A stretch of 59,949 bases of DNA from Chara braunii (Eukaryota > Plantae > Charophyceae): contig BFEA01000012.1 in the NCBI GenBank assembly GCA_003427395.1, forward strand, positions 2,102,711 to 2,162,659. Reading direction: 5' to 3'. Of the stretch, positions 1 through 12,001 are shown piece by piece. The stretch's first letter is position 1, and each line of letters begins with the position of its first letter. Under the pieces are notes generated by a model. That model made no database searches. It was not told the DNA's origin and worked only from the letters and a program-made list of their open reading frames with translations. The translations under genes were made by a program, and so were the position numbers.

Positions 1-1183
1 TAGCCAGTTGAAGAGAACTCATATCTGGTTACGATATCTTGAGTATTGTGTGGGCGCATGTCGCCAGTTGCTGTTTCGCTGTTTGCATACATGACAAGTT
101 GAATAATCAGAAGTGTGATTTCAACTCAGTCTAAGAGATCGTCTATCCTGGGATGTGGTTCTGCATTCTTTATGGTTACGGCATTCAGTCCCCTCTAATC
201 TATACACATACGTAACTCTCCCTCTTTTTCTTTGGGACGAACAGAACAGGTCACGAAAAGAACATGAATTGGGCCTAATCCATCCTTTTTCTAAGAGCTC
301 ATCCAACTGCTTACGAAGCTCTTCCAGTTCTTTGGGGGACATCATGTAGACGGCCCCTTTTGACGTCCCACTGCCAGGCTCTATCTCGATACTATGCTAG
401 ATAGGCCTTGGCACTACTCCTGAAGGTGCTTCAGATAAATCATTATACTCTTCCAGTAAACTGGCAATAGCGGGATGGAGCTTTTTATCTTCTTTTGGCT
501 TGCCAAAAATCGGCCTAACATAGGCTACGAACACCTGCTCTTTGAGCTGCTCCTTCCATACAAACCTAATAAAAGCAGGAGTGCTGAGGCAGCAATGTGC
601 TAGGGGATTGTCTACCCCAGACTCATCATATAGGCGGACTTGCTTAACTTCACCCGACGAACTAGGGAGTCTGCCCTCGTGCTCTCTACAAGGTGCAAAG
701 TGGCTCGTCTGTACCCAGCACTATGTCAAACGGGAGATTCTCTTCTACCAGAAAAGTCGGACTGAAGAACTTTTTCTACCTTCCCTTCTTCCTCTAGGCG
801 GAAGTATGCCTGGATTCCTTCAAAGTACTCCTCGACTCGCATCCTACTGTTGTCCACAAGGATGCTGACTACAGGATCCTGCAATCGTTGGACTTTTAAG
901 TCGGGCGCCCTGCAACTAATATAACTCCTAGTCGCCCCACTATCTATAAGAGCTCCTACTCTATCTCTAAAAATATCTACATCTGCAAGGATTAGCTGTC
1001 CTTTCCCATCTCTCTTCATCCTGGCCGAGACTTGCCTTCTCTCCTTCAACTCTTCAGCTAAGCCTGTGAGGGAAGCGTCTAGCGAAACTCTGACATAAGC
1101 AGCCTCTGGACAGCTTACTATACACTGGCCAGCAACCTCTGCCATGAAGACATGTGGAGGGGGAGCCTCTATCTCGAGCGCAC

Positions 1184-1195
1184 GCTATGATACCA
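1184..1195 (-). promoter_or_regulatory. Primer-binding site complementary to initiator tRNA-Met
   Basis: Minus strand TGGTATCATAGC (canonical TGGTATCAGAGC, 1 mismatch), 1 nt after the LTR-terminal CA. Confidence 0.8.
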
Positions 1196-1962
1196 GTGAA
1201 ATCAGCCTGCACTCCAAACTTGCTTGCACCATGCACACACAGCAAACTGATGGTAAACCAAACGCTTTCAACTCAAAACTCACAATGAACTTGCACTTAA
1301 AACTCTTTTCAAGTTAACTGTACAAACTTGCGGCTATGGCCGCCGAACGCTGTCTTCACCACCAGCCTCACTCTCCCTCATATACACATGTACAAGGATC
1401 TTCCCTGAATGTCCAAGCTATGCATACACACACAATGTACACCATGTCTGTGTGTCAGCACCTGGGCGGCTATGGCCGCCCTCGTCTTCCTCCTCCTAGC
1501 TATGGCTGCAGTTGTCTTCCTCCTGGCCAGCTATGGCCATCGTCTTCCTCACTGCCCCCTTCCTCTCTGGGCACCTGCAGACCTCCACGCACAAGACACC
1601 AAGGCAGCACTTCCGCATGGCTCACAGGCGAATGCATGCATGACAAGTTTATTTATAGTAACCCGCAGGTGACCTGGCCCTACCCCAAACCGCGTGGGCC
1701 TGGGCCTCTAAAGGTGTGAGCCTGGCTTCTCAACGCGTGGGCCCAGGTCTGGAAGTTCCCACACCGCGTGGGCCTTTCTAGCTCAAACCGCACGGGCCCT
1801 TCCCTTCCAGCCACAAGCAGCCCCTACCCTGGTACTTGCCGACTTGAACAGACCTACAGGGACCTACAGCCTTCTAGAACCTACAGACCTACGGCCTGAC
1901 CCTTAGGCCCCAGTAGACATAGGTGGAGACTTGTAAGCTTGAAGAACGCATAGATAGACGAC

Positions 1963-2020
1963 TGGCGGAAGAGGGATTCGAACCCCCGACATGCGAATTA
2001 TGATTCCGCTGTTCTAACCT
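1963..2020 (-). pseudogene. 5'-truncated organellar/bacterial-type tRNA(CAU), probably elongator Met, inside the LTR
   Basis: AGGTTAGAACA-GCGGA-ATCATAA-TTCGC-ATGTC-GGGGG-TTCGAAT-CCCTC-TTCCGCCA: anticodon arm with CAT, T-arm and 3' acceptor strand present; 5' acceptor strand absent. Confidence 0.8.
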
Positions 2021-2255
2021 ACTAGATAGGCCCTAGCTAGAGCTAGTGGTAACACACTAAACTGCTAAAACACAGATCTGCGGATCAAGGCCTACCAGCT
2101 AACAGACAGATCTACCAACTAACCAAAGGGTTTAGGGACAGGTCATAGGTTCGAATCTTGCTCAGCACACAGAGTCAAAGTACAAGGTTTAGGCACAGGT
2201 TTAGGGATCGAATCTCAGAGTCTGCAAATGTCGGGTCAACTTGGTGAAACTGTTT

Positions 2256-2420
2256 CAGTTACAAATTTGTGCTCCATTATTTGACAATCTGAGTGGTCTT
2301 ATCAAGTGGCCCCTTTTAGGGGCCCTCATCGTTTTACTTATTCCTAACTCGAAAATACGGTTGATACAAAGTACTGCCTTTGGCACCTTTTTTATCACTT
2401 TTTTTCTCAGTCTTCCATTT
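2256..2420 (+). pseudogene. nad4: Mitochondrial nad4 N-terminal fragment (NUMT-like)
   Basis: LQICAPLFDNLSGLIKWPLLGALIVLLIPNSKIRLIQSTAFGTFFITFFLSL resembles the streptophyte Nad4 N-terminus as I recall it (LQF.APF..NLSGLILCPLLG.....IP.S.IRLI). No ATG; truncated. Confidence 0.75.
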
Positions 2421-2489
2421 CGACAGCCTGCCTGTGTGGCCAAGCGAAACTATTGACAAGCGTGTCGACAAGGGTGTGGCGAGCCCCAA

Positions 2490-2857
2490 AAACAAGAGAA
2501 GAGTGACAAATGTCTAACGTAAACCGAGTTGACACGGGAACACTGCAAAAAAATATAAGATAACAAGAAAAAGCACGCTTTTCTGCAGTGGGAGAGGCAC
2601 ATGCTGTTAACGCCTACTTAGTACTTAAATAAACAAGAGAGGAGTGACAAATGTCTAACGTAAACCGAGTTAACACGGGGAACCTGCAAAAAAATATAAG
2701 ATAACAAGAAAAAGCACGCTTTTTTGCAGTGGGAGAGGCACATGTAAACCGAGTTAACACGGGGACCCTGCAAAAACATATAAGATAACAAGAAAAAGCA
2801 CGCTTTTTTGCAGTGGGAGAGGCACATGCTGTTAACGCCTACTTAGTACTTAAATAA
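2490..2857. repeat. Tandem repeat, about 141 bp unit, about 2.6 copies
   Basis: AAACAAGAGA..GTGACAAATGTCTAACGTAAACCGAGTT..GGGAGAGGCACATG starts at 2490 and 2631, with a 5'-truncated copy from 2745. Confidence 0.9.
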
Positions 2858-3241
2858 ATAATCAAAACACTTAACACAAAAAGCCAGGCCAGATATTCTT
2901 CAGTCAGATATTCTTCAATTTCAACATCTCATTTCCAACAAAATTAGGAATCCAAGAAACATAACACATTCTCTTCAATGCCGACACAAGGTTCCAGAAC
3001 TAACTCCCCACACCCTCATTTTACTCCCGCCTCCGTAACCCTCCTCACACTTCTAATTAGCAGAGAGACCGAGCACTGACTCCTGCCTCTAAAAACTCTT
3101 TCAGGGAAACAGGGACTCAATTTTGTTAAGAGAGACTGCAAAAAAAAATTGTACACAGCGTCAAAGCCAGTTGCAAATGAACTGCCCGCCAGAAAATTGT
3201 CCGAAGGCTTGCAAACATAGCATCCAGGGCCGCCTCCGTTC

Positions 3242-3280
<39 letters not shown>

Positions 3281-3424
3281 ATTGCTAGCGAATGGCGAAT
3301 GACGCGCTCGAAGAAGAAATGCAAGGACCCAAGGCAAAGCTGCTCCGAGAAGAAATGCAACTACCCAAAGCAAAGCTGCTCCGATCATTCGATTGAGCAG
3401 AGACAAGAAGGGGGTCGCAGCATC

Positions 3425-3473
3425 TTAGTCCATGCGTCCTTTCAGAGTTCTCGTGATGACCTCATCAGGGGTT
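3425..3473 (-). CDS. PBC1: PBC1 exon 7 (V)[15 protein letters not shown]
   Basis: tgtgcag acceptor; conserved C-terminal LKGRMD; TAA at 3427-3425. Confidence 0.95.
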
Positions 3474-4360
3474 CTGCACAGGCCACAAACAGACAAAACA
3501 AACACTCCGCGCATGAGTCGCTTAAAAGAGACGAAAACCGGGAAGAAAACAAAAAGGAAACATCAGAAAATAGAGATAGGGCAGCACACACAAAGGCATC
3601 GCGGGAAAATAGAGAAAGGGAAAGGCTACCCAGGAGAGAGGCTCGAGTACGGGCGTCATCCCCAGTTCCCATTTTTTCTTCCTAAACCTCGCGAGCACCG
3701 CCACTGCTGCCTGCTGTCGACTGCACACCCTCCCATGTGTAACTCAAAAAGTGGGGGGCTCATAGGTTTCTCATCAGCTTGATGCTGCCTCGTGTCAATC
3801 CCTCCTCTACTTGGCCCGATACAGGTAGACCAGTCCTTGAGAATTTGCTCAGCACCTGAATTTATCTCGCTGATTCAATCATGTCCTCCCTCTCCTTCCC
3901 TTGTCTCCCTCGACTTCACGAAGAAAGCATCCGAATCTGACTGTGAGGAGTTGAGGAAGAAAGGCATCAGGATGAGAAAGAGGGCGGCATCTGATAACAT
4001 GCAGACAATTCCTTGAAAACCACCTCACCTGTTTTCGAAACCACATGATAAGTTCTTTATAAATTTTCTTCGACAGACTAATTGATGTAAAGTTCTTTCA
4101 TGGAAGGGATCACAGATGAAGAAGCAGCAGGACATGTTTCACATACCTTTGTCCGTCCGACAGATGGGGTCCAGTTTCCACAACCCTTTTAGCGCATTTT
4201 CTCTCGTTTCGCTCAGATTTCTCAGGTCAGGTAGAGTCACAGGACCAAAGGCCAAATCCACTCTGGTATATGTTTATTCACTTCGAGACTACAAGCCCAA
4301 AGCTCCGGGCAGACATCCAGGATAGCCCTCCTGCCAGCTGGGTGTATCCAGCCCGGGGCN

Positions 4361-4401
<41 letters not shown>

Positions 4402-7400
4402 CGAAATAAATTGAAAATAAAAATGCTGTAGAACATAGTGCGAGGGTTCTACACCTCGGCATATGGCCCAGCAACAGGCGCTTGCCCGCCCTAAGTGAAG
4501 GCGGGCCCCCTGAATCTGAATGCACCCTGAACTCGCCAATTTTTGCAAATCTTGGTCGGCGCCAGTTGGTTACATCCGCTCTGCACGTGAGAATGGGAAA
4601 GATTCGTGAGCCTTCCAGGCCATTCTAGCAACGTGGGGTAAGCAGAGAACATCGCACGAATGTGCCTGGGTGGTTGGACATGCCTAATCAACTCGGTCCC
4701 AGGCCACTGTCTGAACGGGCCTGGGTGCAGACACCTTGGCGGAGACTGAAGCTACGGAGGCCACTGTTAGATTACTGGTGGGGAATCAATGGTTGGGGGC
4801 AGCCCTATGACGAAGTGAGTTCTGTCTTGAGAGTCCTCTCATTGTGAGGTGTCGCGAGCGCTCAACCTTGAGAGTCGACATTCTTCCTGGAAGCAAGTTG
4901 GTGGGAGAGGGGTGTTGCCTCTGAAGGGCCCTGGACGAAGCACTCGGGTCACGGTCACCATGCCAACACGCTGGGATTAGTAAACGCATGCTATGCTGCT
5001 TGTCCTTGGTTCTGCTTGCTGCGCTATAGAGGGAACGTGGACTGACCTACACGAGACGCATACCGAACCATCTGTGGGTACTTCTGGCGGATCCGACTTG
5101 AATCCTGGCTGTGATCGCTGTCCTGCCTGCGACGTTAAATAATTCCTGAGGACCTTGGGGGCTGTCCTTACTGCCGCTTGATCAGCAAGATCAACCGGAT
5201 GTCAGGCTCGTTGCACGCGAGGATAAAGAACGGGCAGGACTGGTCATAAATGATTTCCTGGGCACAAGGGTGGGCCGAATGCACACCTTCAGACACGCCG
5301 CTGAACCAGAGTCTTAGGACGTCAACATCAGGTGACCACTCAAGAGGGATAGAGGGGGAGGGAAGATACCAGTAAACAGCTCGAATGTTTATTATTGGAA
5401 AATTTCTATTCTGCATGCCCAACTAGCAAATGATTTTATTTTATTTTCGATTAGTTAGTTGTGACGGACGCTGCTAACTGACAGACAGCTGCAGATAGAT
5501 AGTACACATTCCTTGCTGCATTGCAATCTGTCTCAGACTAGTCAAAAGCAGGAATAGAATTGTTTGTAGGAATCTGAGATTTTCTGCTAGTACCGCTTGA
5601 ATAGTTTCTGACAAACTGGACCAAGTATTTATTTCTTTATTTTTAGTTCGTTGGATACCATGCTGCGGTAGGTCCCAGCCAGGACACTAGTGCAGATCGT
5701 GGACCACACATAGCTCATGAGTGGAGATAACAAGGGTTGATAGAGTAGAGGAGGACGATAGGAGATTAACCAGAAGACAGGCACTCAGTCCGGAGACCGC
5801 TTTCCTAGTGTTAGAACAAGGAGAGGAAAGGAGGCTGCGGAGAGAAGCCAGAGAGGGGAATATTGCAGAGGGATAGGGAAGCAGCGGCCAACGCCGAAAG
5901 TCCACTAGCAGCGGCAACAGTAGTAGAGGCTAGAGTCAGTGCTGAGGCAGCCATGGATACCCCCTCTACGCAAGCCTCCTCTCAGGCATCTTCGGCAGGT
6001 GTCAGTCAGGGAATCTCCCAGGCGCCTGTTAGTCAATCTGATGGCCTGCAGGTCAGCCAGCAGCAACCAATGTCAGAATGAGGATTGTGAGATTCAACAG
6101 GCGGATGCTCTCCACACAGAGTTACGGCGCCAGTTGCAGGAGGTAGAAGGTAGGAGAGACAGAGCCAGACTTAGAAAAGCCAGACTAGAGGCAAGGGGAG
6201 AGGAGTTAGGCAAGTTAGAAGCTATAGATGAGTCAGTTCTTGACCCTGTAATGCTGTTCCTTCGGAACTCCCTGTTGAGTGTGGCCTAAGTGCAAGCAGT
6301 GCAGCAAGAGATGCTGGCTGCACTGATAGCTAGTCAGAATCAGATTCTGACCGCACTGCGGGCGCCACAACCTCAGGTCAGGCAGACATAGTATGCTGTA
6401 GCTCCCCCTACGGTTGCAGGTCCCACCATGACACTGCAGCCGATAGGTCAACCCTTTACTCCCCAGTTTGGCATTCCCACATCCGGCGGTCTAGTAGCAG
6501 GTAGTAGTGGGCAGATTCCTGTACAGCCTTCTTCATTTCCCCTACCAGTGGTTGCTGCTACAGGGCAGCCACAAGTGCAACAACCTTTGCAACATGGTCC
6601 GCAGCAGCAGCAACAGCAGTTGCAACAACAGCAGCAATTGGCACCGCAGCGACCGGTCCCACCGGTTTCACAACCAATGCAGCAGGCACAAGGAGTTATA
6701 CCAACCATGCAGTAGACACCCAAGATTCCCTTGTTGAGTCCTAAACCCTTCTCTGGCGACAAGAAGAAGGACAAGGACCTGGATACGGGGAGGAGGACTG
6801 TGCCTACTTATGTGAGGCACAAGCTCACTAGGACAGAGGATGAAGTCATTGTCGCTGTATCCTTTCTAGAAGGATCTGCAGCCAGATGGTTGAATGGGTA
6901 GTACAGCAACAAGGCTACGGTCAGAACTTCGATGGTTGGGCACAAGCCACATCGTTGGAAGAGTTTGCATGGCTAGTCTACAGCAGGTAGCATGATCCCC
7001 AAGGAGCTCAGAAGACCACCGACTCCCTGGCTAGTCTGGGACCCGAAAGATACTAGACAGTTCGTGAGGTAACAGACGCCATAGAGCGACTGATCGTTGT
7101 CCCTGGTGTGCAGTACGAACTGCAAGTCCTCTTGACAACTCATTTGCGATGTCTGCCTACAGATGTTAAAGATAAGTTGGTTGATGAGGCCTCCATTGAT
7201 GTATATGACTTTGCTTCATTCAACAAGAAGGCCTTAGACATTGCAGCTAGGCTTGGGAGTGCCCATCAGGGACAAGTAGATGGGAGAAAGAAGAAGCTCC
7301 CTCAAGATTGGAAGAAGAAGGGCAACCTCGTGTTCGTTGAGCATGACGGTCATACAACTGAGATTGATGACTCATCTGACCTTGGGGAAGTAACAGAGTT

Positions 7401-10400
7401 GGATGGGGGTGGAGACACTTCAAATGGTGGAGTGGTCACTCCTGTCAAGGAAAAAACTAAAAAACGAAGGGGGCCGAAAAACAGAAGGCAGGCCGGCCCA
7501 AGGGTCAATATGACCAAGGTACACCCATATGGGTAAAACTTCGTCTAGAATACGAGGTGTGGCGAGACTGCATCGCACGACGTGCTTGCACGAATTGTGG
7601 CCAGTATGGTCACACCATGGCTAAGTGCAAGAGTAAGCAGGTCGCCACGAAGGTCGCATCATCAATTGTCACGGTCGGATCTTCAAACTCAGGTGGTGGT
7701 TCTGCGAGCACTTCTTAGGGAAACACCTCGGGCCAGTAGGAGTGCTATCCTCTCTTACTCGTGCTGAAGTGGTAACTTTACCTTCTCCATTTCAGACGAA
7801 GGCCAAGGCTATTGACCAATTGATCGCCCCGTAGACAGATCTAGACCAATTGATGCTCTGTTCGATGGATGTGTTTGAGTCCTTAGGAGTTAGAAACTGA
7901 GTGGTTAGAGAAAGACACTAGAGATTCTTGGGTGATGTTGAACAAAGGTCCAAAAGGTGAACACTTCGTGGTAGAAGTCAATGTAGGTGGCCGAAAGGTT
8001 GGCGCCTTCGCAGACATAGGTTCTACGCAAAACTTCATCAGTCGCACTTGTGTGGATAGGCTGCTCTTATGGGACAAGTGCAGCAGCCTAGCAGATCTGT
8101 GACATCTACCTTAGCCAACAAGCACTTTATCGTAGTAAAGGACTACGTCACGACGTAGTCTGCACCTTCTCTTATGGAGGAGGGGAACTGATACACGATC
8201 TCGTTCCTAGCTAGCGGCGAGCTGCCATTCGACATGTTGTTAGGCATGTACTACCTCGAGGTTGCTAAGCCTCACTTCAATTGGTATAGGAAGTTAATGA
8301 TCCACAAGTTACCAGATGGAAGGACCATTCGATTGCAAAAGTTTAGGCTAGCAGACTAGTGGAGAACTACGGTTGCATGTGTGCATCATCTTTCTATAAC
8401 TACTATAAGCAAAATCGCGAGGAAGGTATGTACTTGGTCTTTGTCTCTAAGAAAGGGGAGGCCGTAAAACCACCCCCAAAGATGGTAGTCATTGAGCAGT
8501 ATTCATACCTTTTTGAAGAGCCTAGGGGTGTGGTGGAAAGGGAGATTGTCTATGTGATAGAAGTTGTCCCCGGTAGCAAACTACCTAGAAGACGAATGTA
8601 TAGGATGTCCTCAACAGAGTTAGATGAGCTCCTCCGCCAGCTCAAAGAGCTCACAAAGAAGAGTTGGATTCAGCCAAGTACATCCCCCTATGGAGCAACA
8701 GTTTTATTTGTCCCAAAGAAAGGGGGGACCCTAAGGATGTGCATTGATTTTAGGGGCCTCAATGCCATCACCGTTGAGAACGTGGAGCACCTATCCCTCA
8801 CTGACGGATAGAGTGCAATGATGCTGGTACTTTAATAAGATCTGAAGTCCGAATACCATCAGATTGCAATTAGACCTGAGGACCAGCACAAAATTGCCTT
8901 TCAGACCAGGCACCGTCTGTACGAGTTTGTGGTGATGCCCTTTGGCCCATGCAATGCTCCTAGGGCGTTCCAGCACGCAACCAACCAGATCTTTCACGAG
9001 TACTTAGACAAGTTTATCGTCATGTACCTCAACGATATTCTTATCTTCAGGACTGTAGAGGAGCACGCTGAGCACGTGAAAAAGGTGCTAGGGTTCCTAA
9101 GACAGCACCAGAACAAGGTTAACTAGGAGAAATGCAAATTTGGTCGCACCAAGATCTTGTATCTGGGTCATGAGATTTTCGTGGATGGTTTGAGGTCGGA
9201 CGATGCCAAAGTGGCCAGCATACGTGACTTGCCCAGACATCAGTCTCTGACCGAGGTGAGGTCATTTTTGGGGATGACAGGCTATTATCGTCTATTTGTG
9301 AAAAAATACAGTACAATAGTCTCTCCACTAACTGACCTCACGCGCCTTGATACCCCTTGGGAGTGGACCAAAGAGTGTTAGGCAGCCTTCAAGAGATTGA
9401 CGTATGCCCTAACACACTATGAAGTCCTCAATATGGATTCTGAACAACCCTTTGTTGTGACCACAGACGGCAGCCAATATGGCATAGGCACGGTCCTTGC
9501 GCAGAAGGAGGGGAAAAGTTAAGGTCGATCGAGTACATGAGCAAAAAGATGCCATCTCAAAAATTAGCTAAATCCACATACGAGTGTGACCTCCTAGGCA
9601 GATTCTTTAATGTGAGATCTGACCATGAGACACTGCGCTGGATCAAGACACAGCCCGTGCTCTCCGACGCACTCAAGAGGTGGATTAAAGTCATAAACAT
9701 GTACGACTTCAAGCTCGACCCTCTAAAGGGAGAGTACAACAAAGTGGTTAACGCACTATCACGAAGGGCTGGGCACGCTAGTGACAAAGTTTGGACTATC
9801 TGACGATGTAACTCTATCCATGGTGGAAGCCTATCGAAAGGACGCAATCATGTCTAAGATCGTTCGCAAACTGAAAGGTAAAGATAAGGCTACTTCGGAT
9901 GAGAGTTTGTGACGGTTGACAGCTTGCTGTTCCTTGAGAAGGCTGGGAATAAACGTTTGTGTGCACCAAATAAAGAGTCTTTGCGTAGTCTATTTTTAGG
10001 AGTGTCACGGTGCAACTGGTCATTTTGGCTATGAAAAGACAGCAGCAAACTTAGTGCAGTAATTTTGGTGGCCCACAATGATGGATGATGCAAAGAAGTA
10101 TGTAGAAACTTGCCAGGTTTGTCAGCGCGACAAGCCACGGACGCAGGCACTGCTTGGGCTGATCAAGCCCTTGACCATCCCTGCCAGCGTATCCATGGAT
10201 TTCATGGATACCCTTGCCCAGCAAGAGCAGTGAACGGCACATCTTTGTCACAAAGTATGCTAGACTAATCGCTATGCATGAGACAGCTAGGACTGACGAC
10301 GTCATCAAGCTATTTATGGACAACTGGGTACGTGACTTTGGTCCCCCTAAGTCTGTTGTAAGCGACAGGGATGTCAGATTCACTAGTGAACTGTGGCAAA

Positions 10401-11936
10401 GTACAGCCCAACAGATGGGTACCCGACTCCAAATGACACCGGGGAACCACGCTGAGTCAAATGGCCAGGCTGAACAGATGAACCGGGTAGTGCAGCACTC
10501 GCTTCAGCATTACATTAAACCAAGTCAGGATGACTGGGACTAGAAATTACCCCTCGTCGCCGGCCTGTACAATAGTGCCATGCACAGCACTACTAGCACG
10601 ACTCCCAACCAACTACATCTTCGTTGGAAGACCCGATCTGCATTAGACTTCCTGTTACATGAACAGCAGTCGACTGCATCACCGGGCAACATAGAATTTG
10701 CTGTCAAATACGGACAGCTGTTGCAGCAGGCTGTAGATCACATCAAGAAAGCTCAAGATGCCATGATCGCATGCGAGAATAGACAAAGACGGCTGTCTGA
10801 GTTTCAGGTAGGAGAACGAGTCTAGGTGAAGTCATCTGAGTTGGGGCAGGAATTAGGACTCACGTAAACTGATGCCACAGTACTTTAGCCCCTGGGAAGT
10901 ACTTGATATAGTGGGAGATCAACCAGATGGGCCATCATACGTCATTCGCATCCCTGGACACCTACGTACATACCCTGTCTTCCATGCATCATAGTTGGCA
11001 CCTTTCTCTGTCACTGATAAATTTCCCACCAGGAGATCGATGCTGCCCCCAACCATGGACGGACGTGGGCATTGACAACATCGTTGAACACAACTTGATG
11101 CCTGTGCCCAAGCCTCCAGGCAGAGGACGTCCCCCGAAGCCACAGATGCAGTACCGGGTGCATTTCAGACACCACACTGATCCTCAAGAAGATCAGAGGT
11201 TCACAAGAGAAGAGTTAATGAAGACTGCTCCCCAAATTATCTCAAGTTATGAAACGAATTTGAAAGGGAAGCAGCCTGCTACGTAACGACTTCTCAGAGG
11301 ACTATCGAAGTAAAGGAGGAGGGAGGGTGAGGGTTTGGCCTCTCGGCATATGGCCCTGCAACAGGCATGTGCCCGCCCTAAGTAAAGGCGGGCCCTTGGA
11401 CTCGTCAAAATCTTGGTCAGCGTCAGACAATTGCCACGCGCCAGTTGGTTACATCCGCCCTGCACGTGAGAATGGGAAAGATTTGTGAGCCTTCCAGGCC
11501 ATTCTAGCAACGTGGGGTAAGCAGGGAACATCGCGCGAATGTGCCCGGGTGGTTGGACATGCCTAACCAAATCGGTCCCAGGCCAATGTCTGAACGGGCC
11601 TGGGCGCAGACACCTTGGCGGAGACTGAAGCTACTGGGCACTCGGTCTCACGTGGTCGTCGCAAGGCAAAACGCCCGCAACTTTCCATATAGGAAAGGGC
11701 AGGGCACCAGGGCAGACATTAGGGCACTTGCAAGTTGCAGGCGCAGCGCTGCTGGAACGATTGCTCGCGGGCTGCTAGCTGCACAAGTGCAAGCGCGTGT
11801 GCGCATGCGGACATGCCGGGTGAAGGGTGCTGCTGAGGGCAGCACCATAGCCAGCCCCGCGTGGCCAGGGCTCGGCTTGGTCATAGCCAGTGGAGGTGGT
11901 GGTGGTCTTCGTATATAAGAAAGGTGTGGGTAGAGA

Positions 11937-12001
<65 letters not shown>

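Larger units (their letters stand above)
124..2458 (-). mobile_element. Degenerate Ty3/gypsy LTR retrotransposon, 5' part (LTR, PBS, protease, start of RT)
   Basis: Minus ORF 726-1145 has aspartic protease motif ALIDSGATRSYIS. ORF 121-345 has the RT N-terminus MSPKELEELRKQLDELLEKGWIRP, followed after a frameshift by PRIDDLL. PBS at 1184-1195 abuts an LTR ending ...GATTTCA at 1197. The right LTR boundary (about 2458) is estimated. Confidence 0.85.

Noticed and set aside
1963-1980. Self-priming by the LTR-borne tRNA fragment
   Set aside because: Its 3' end (TTCCGCCA) is not complementary to the element's tRNA-iMet PBS beyond CCA.
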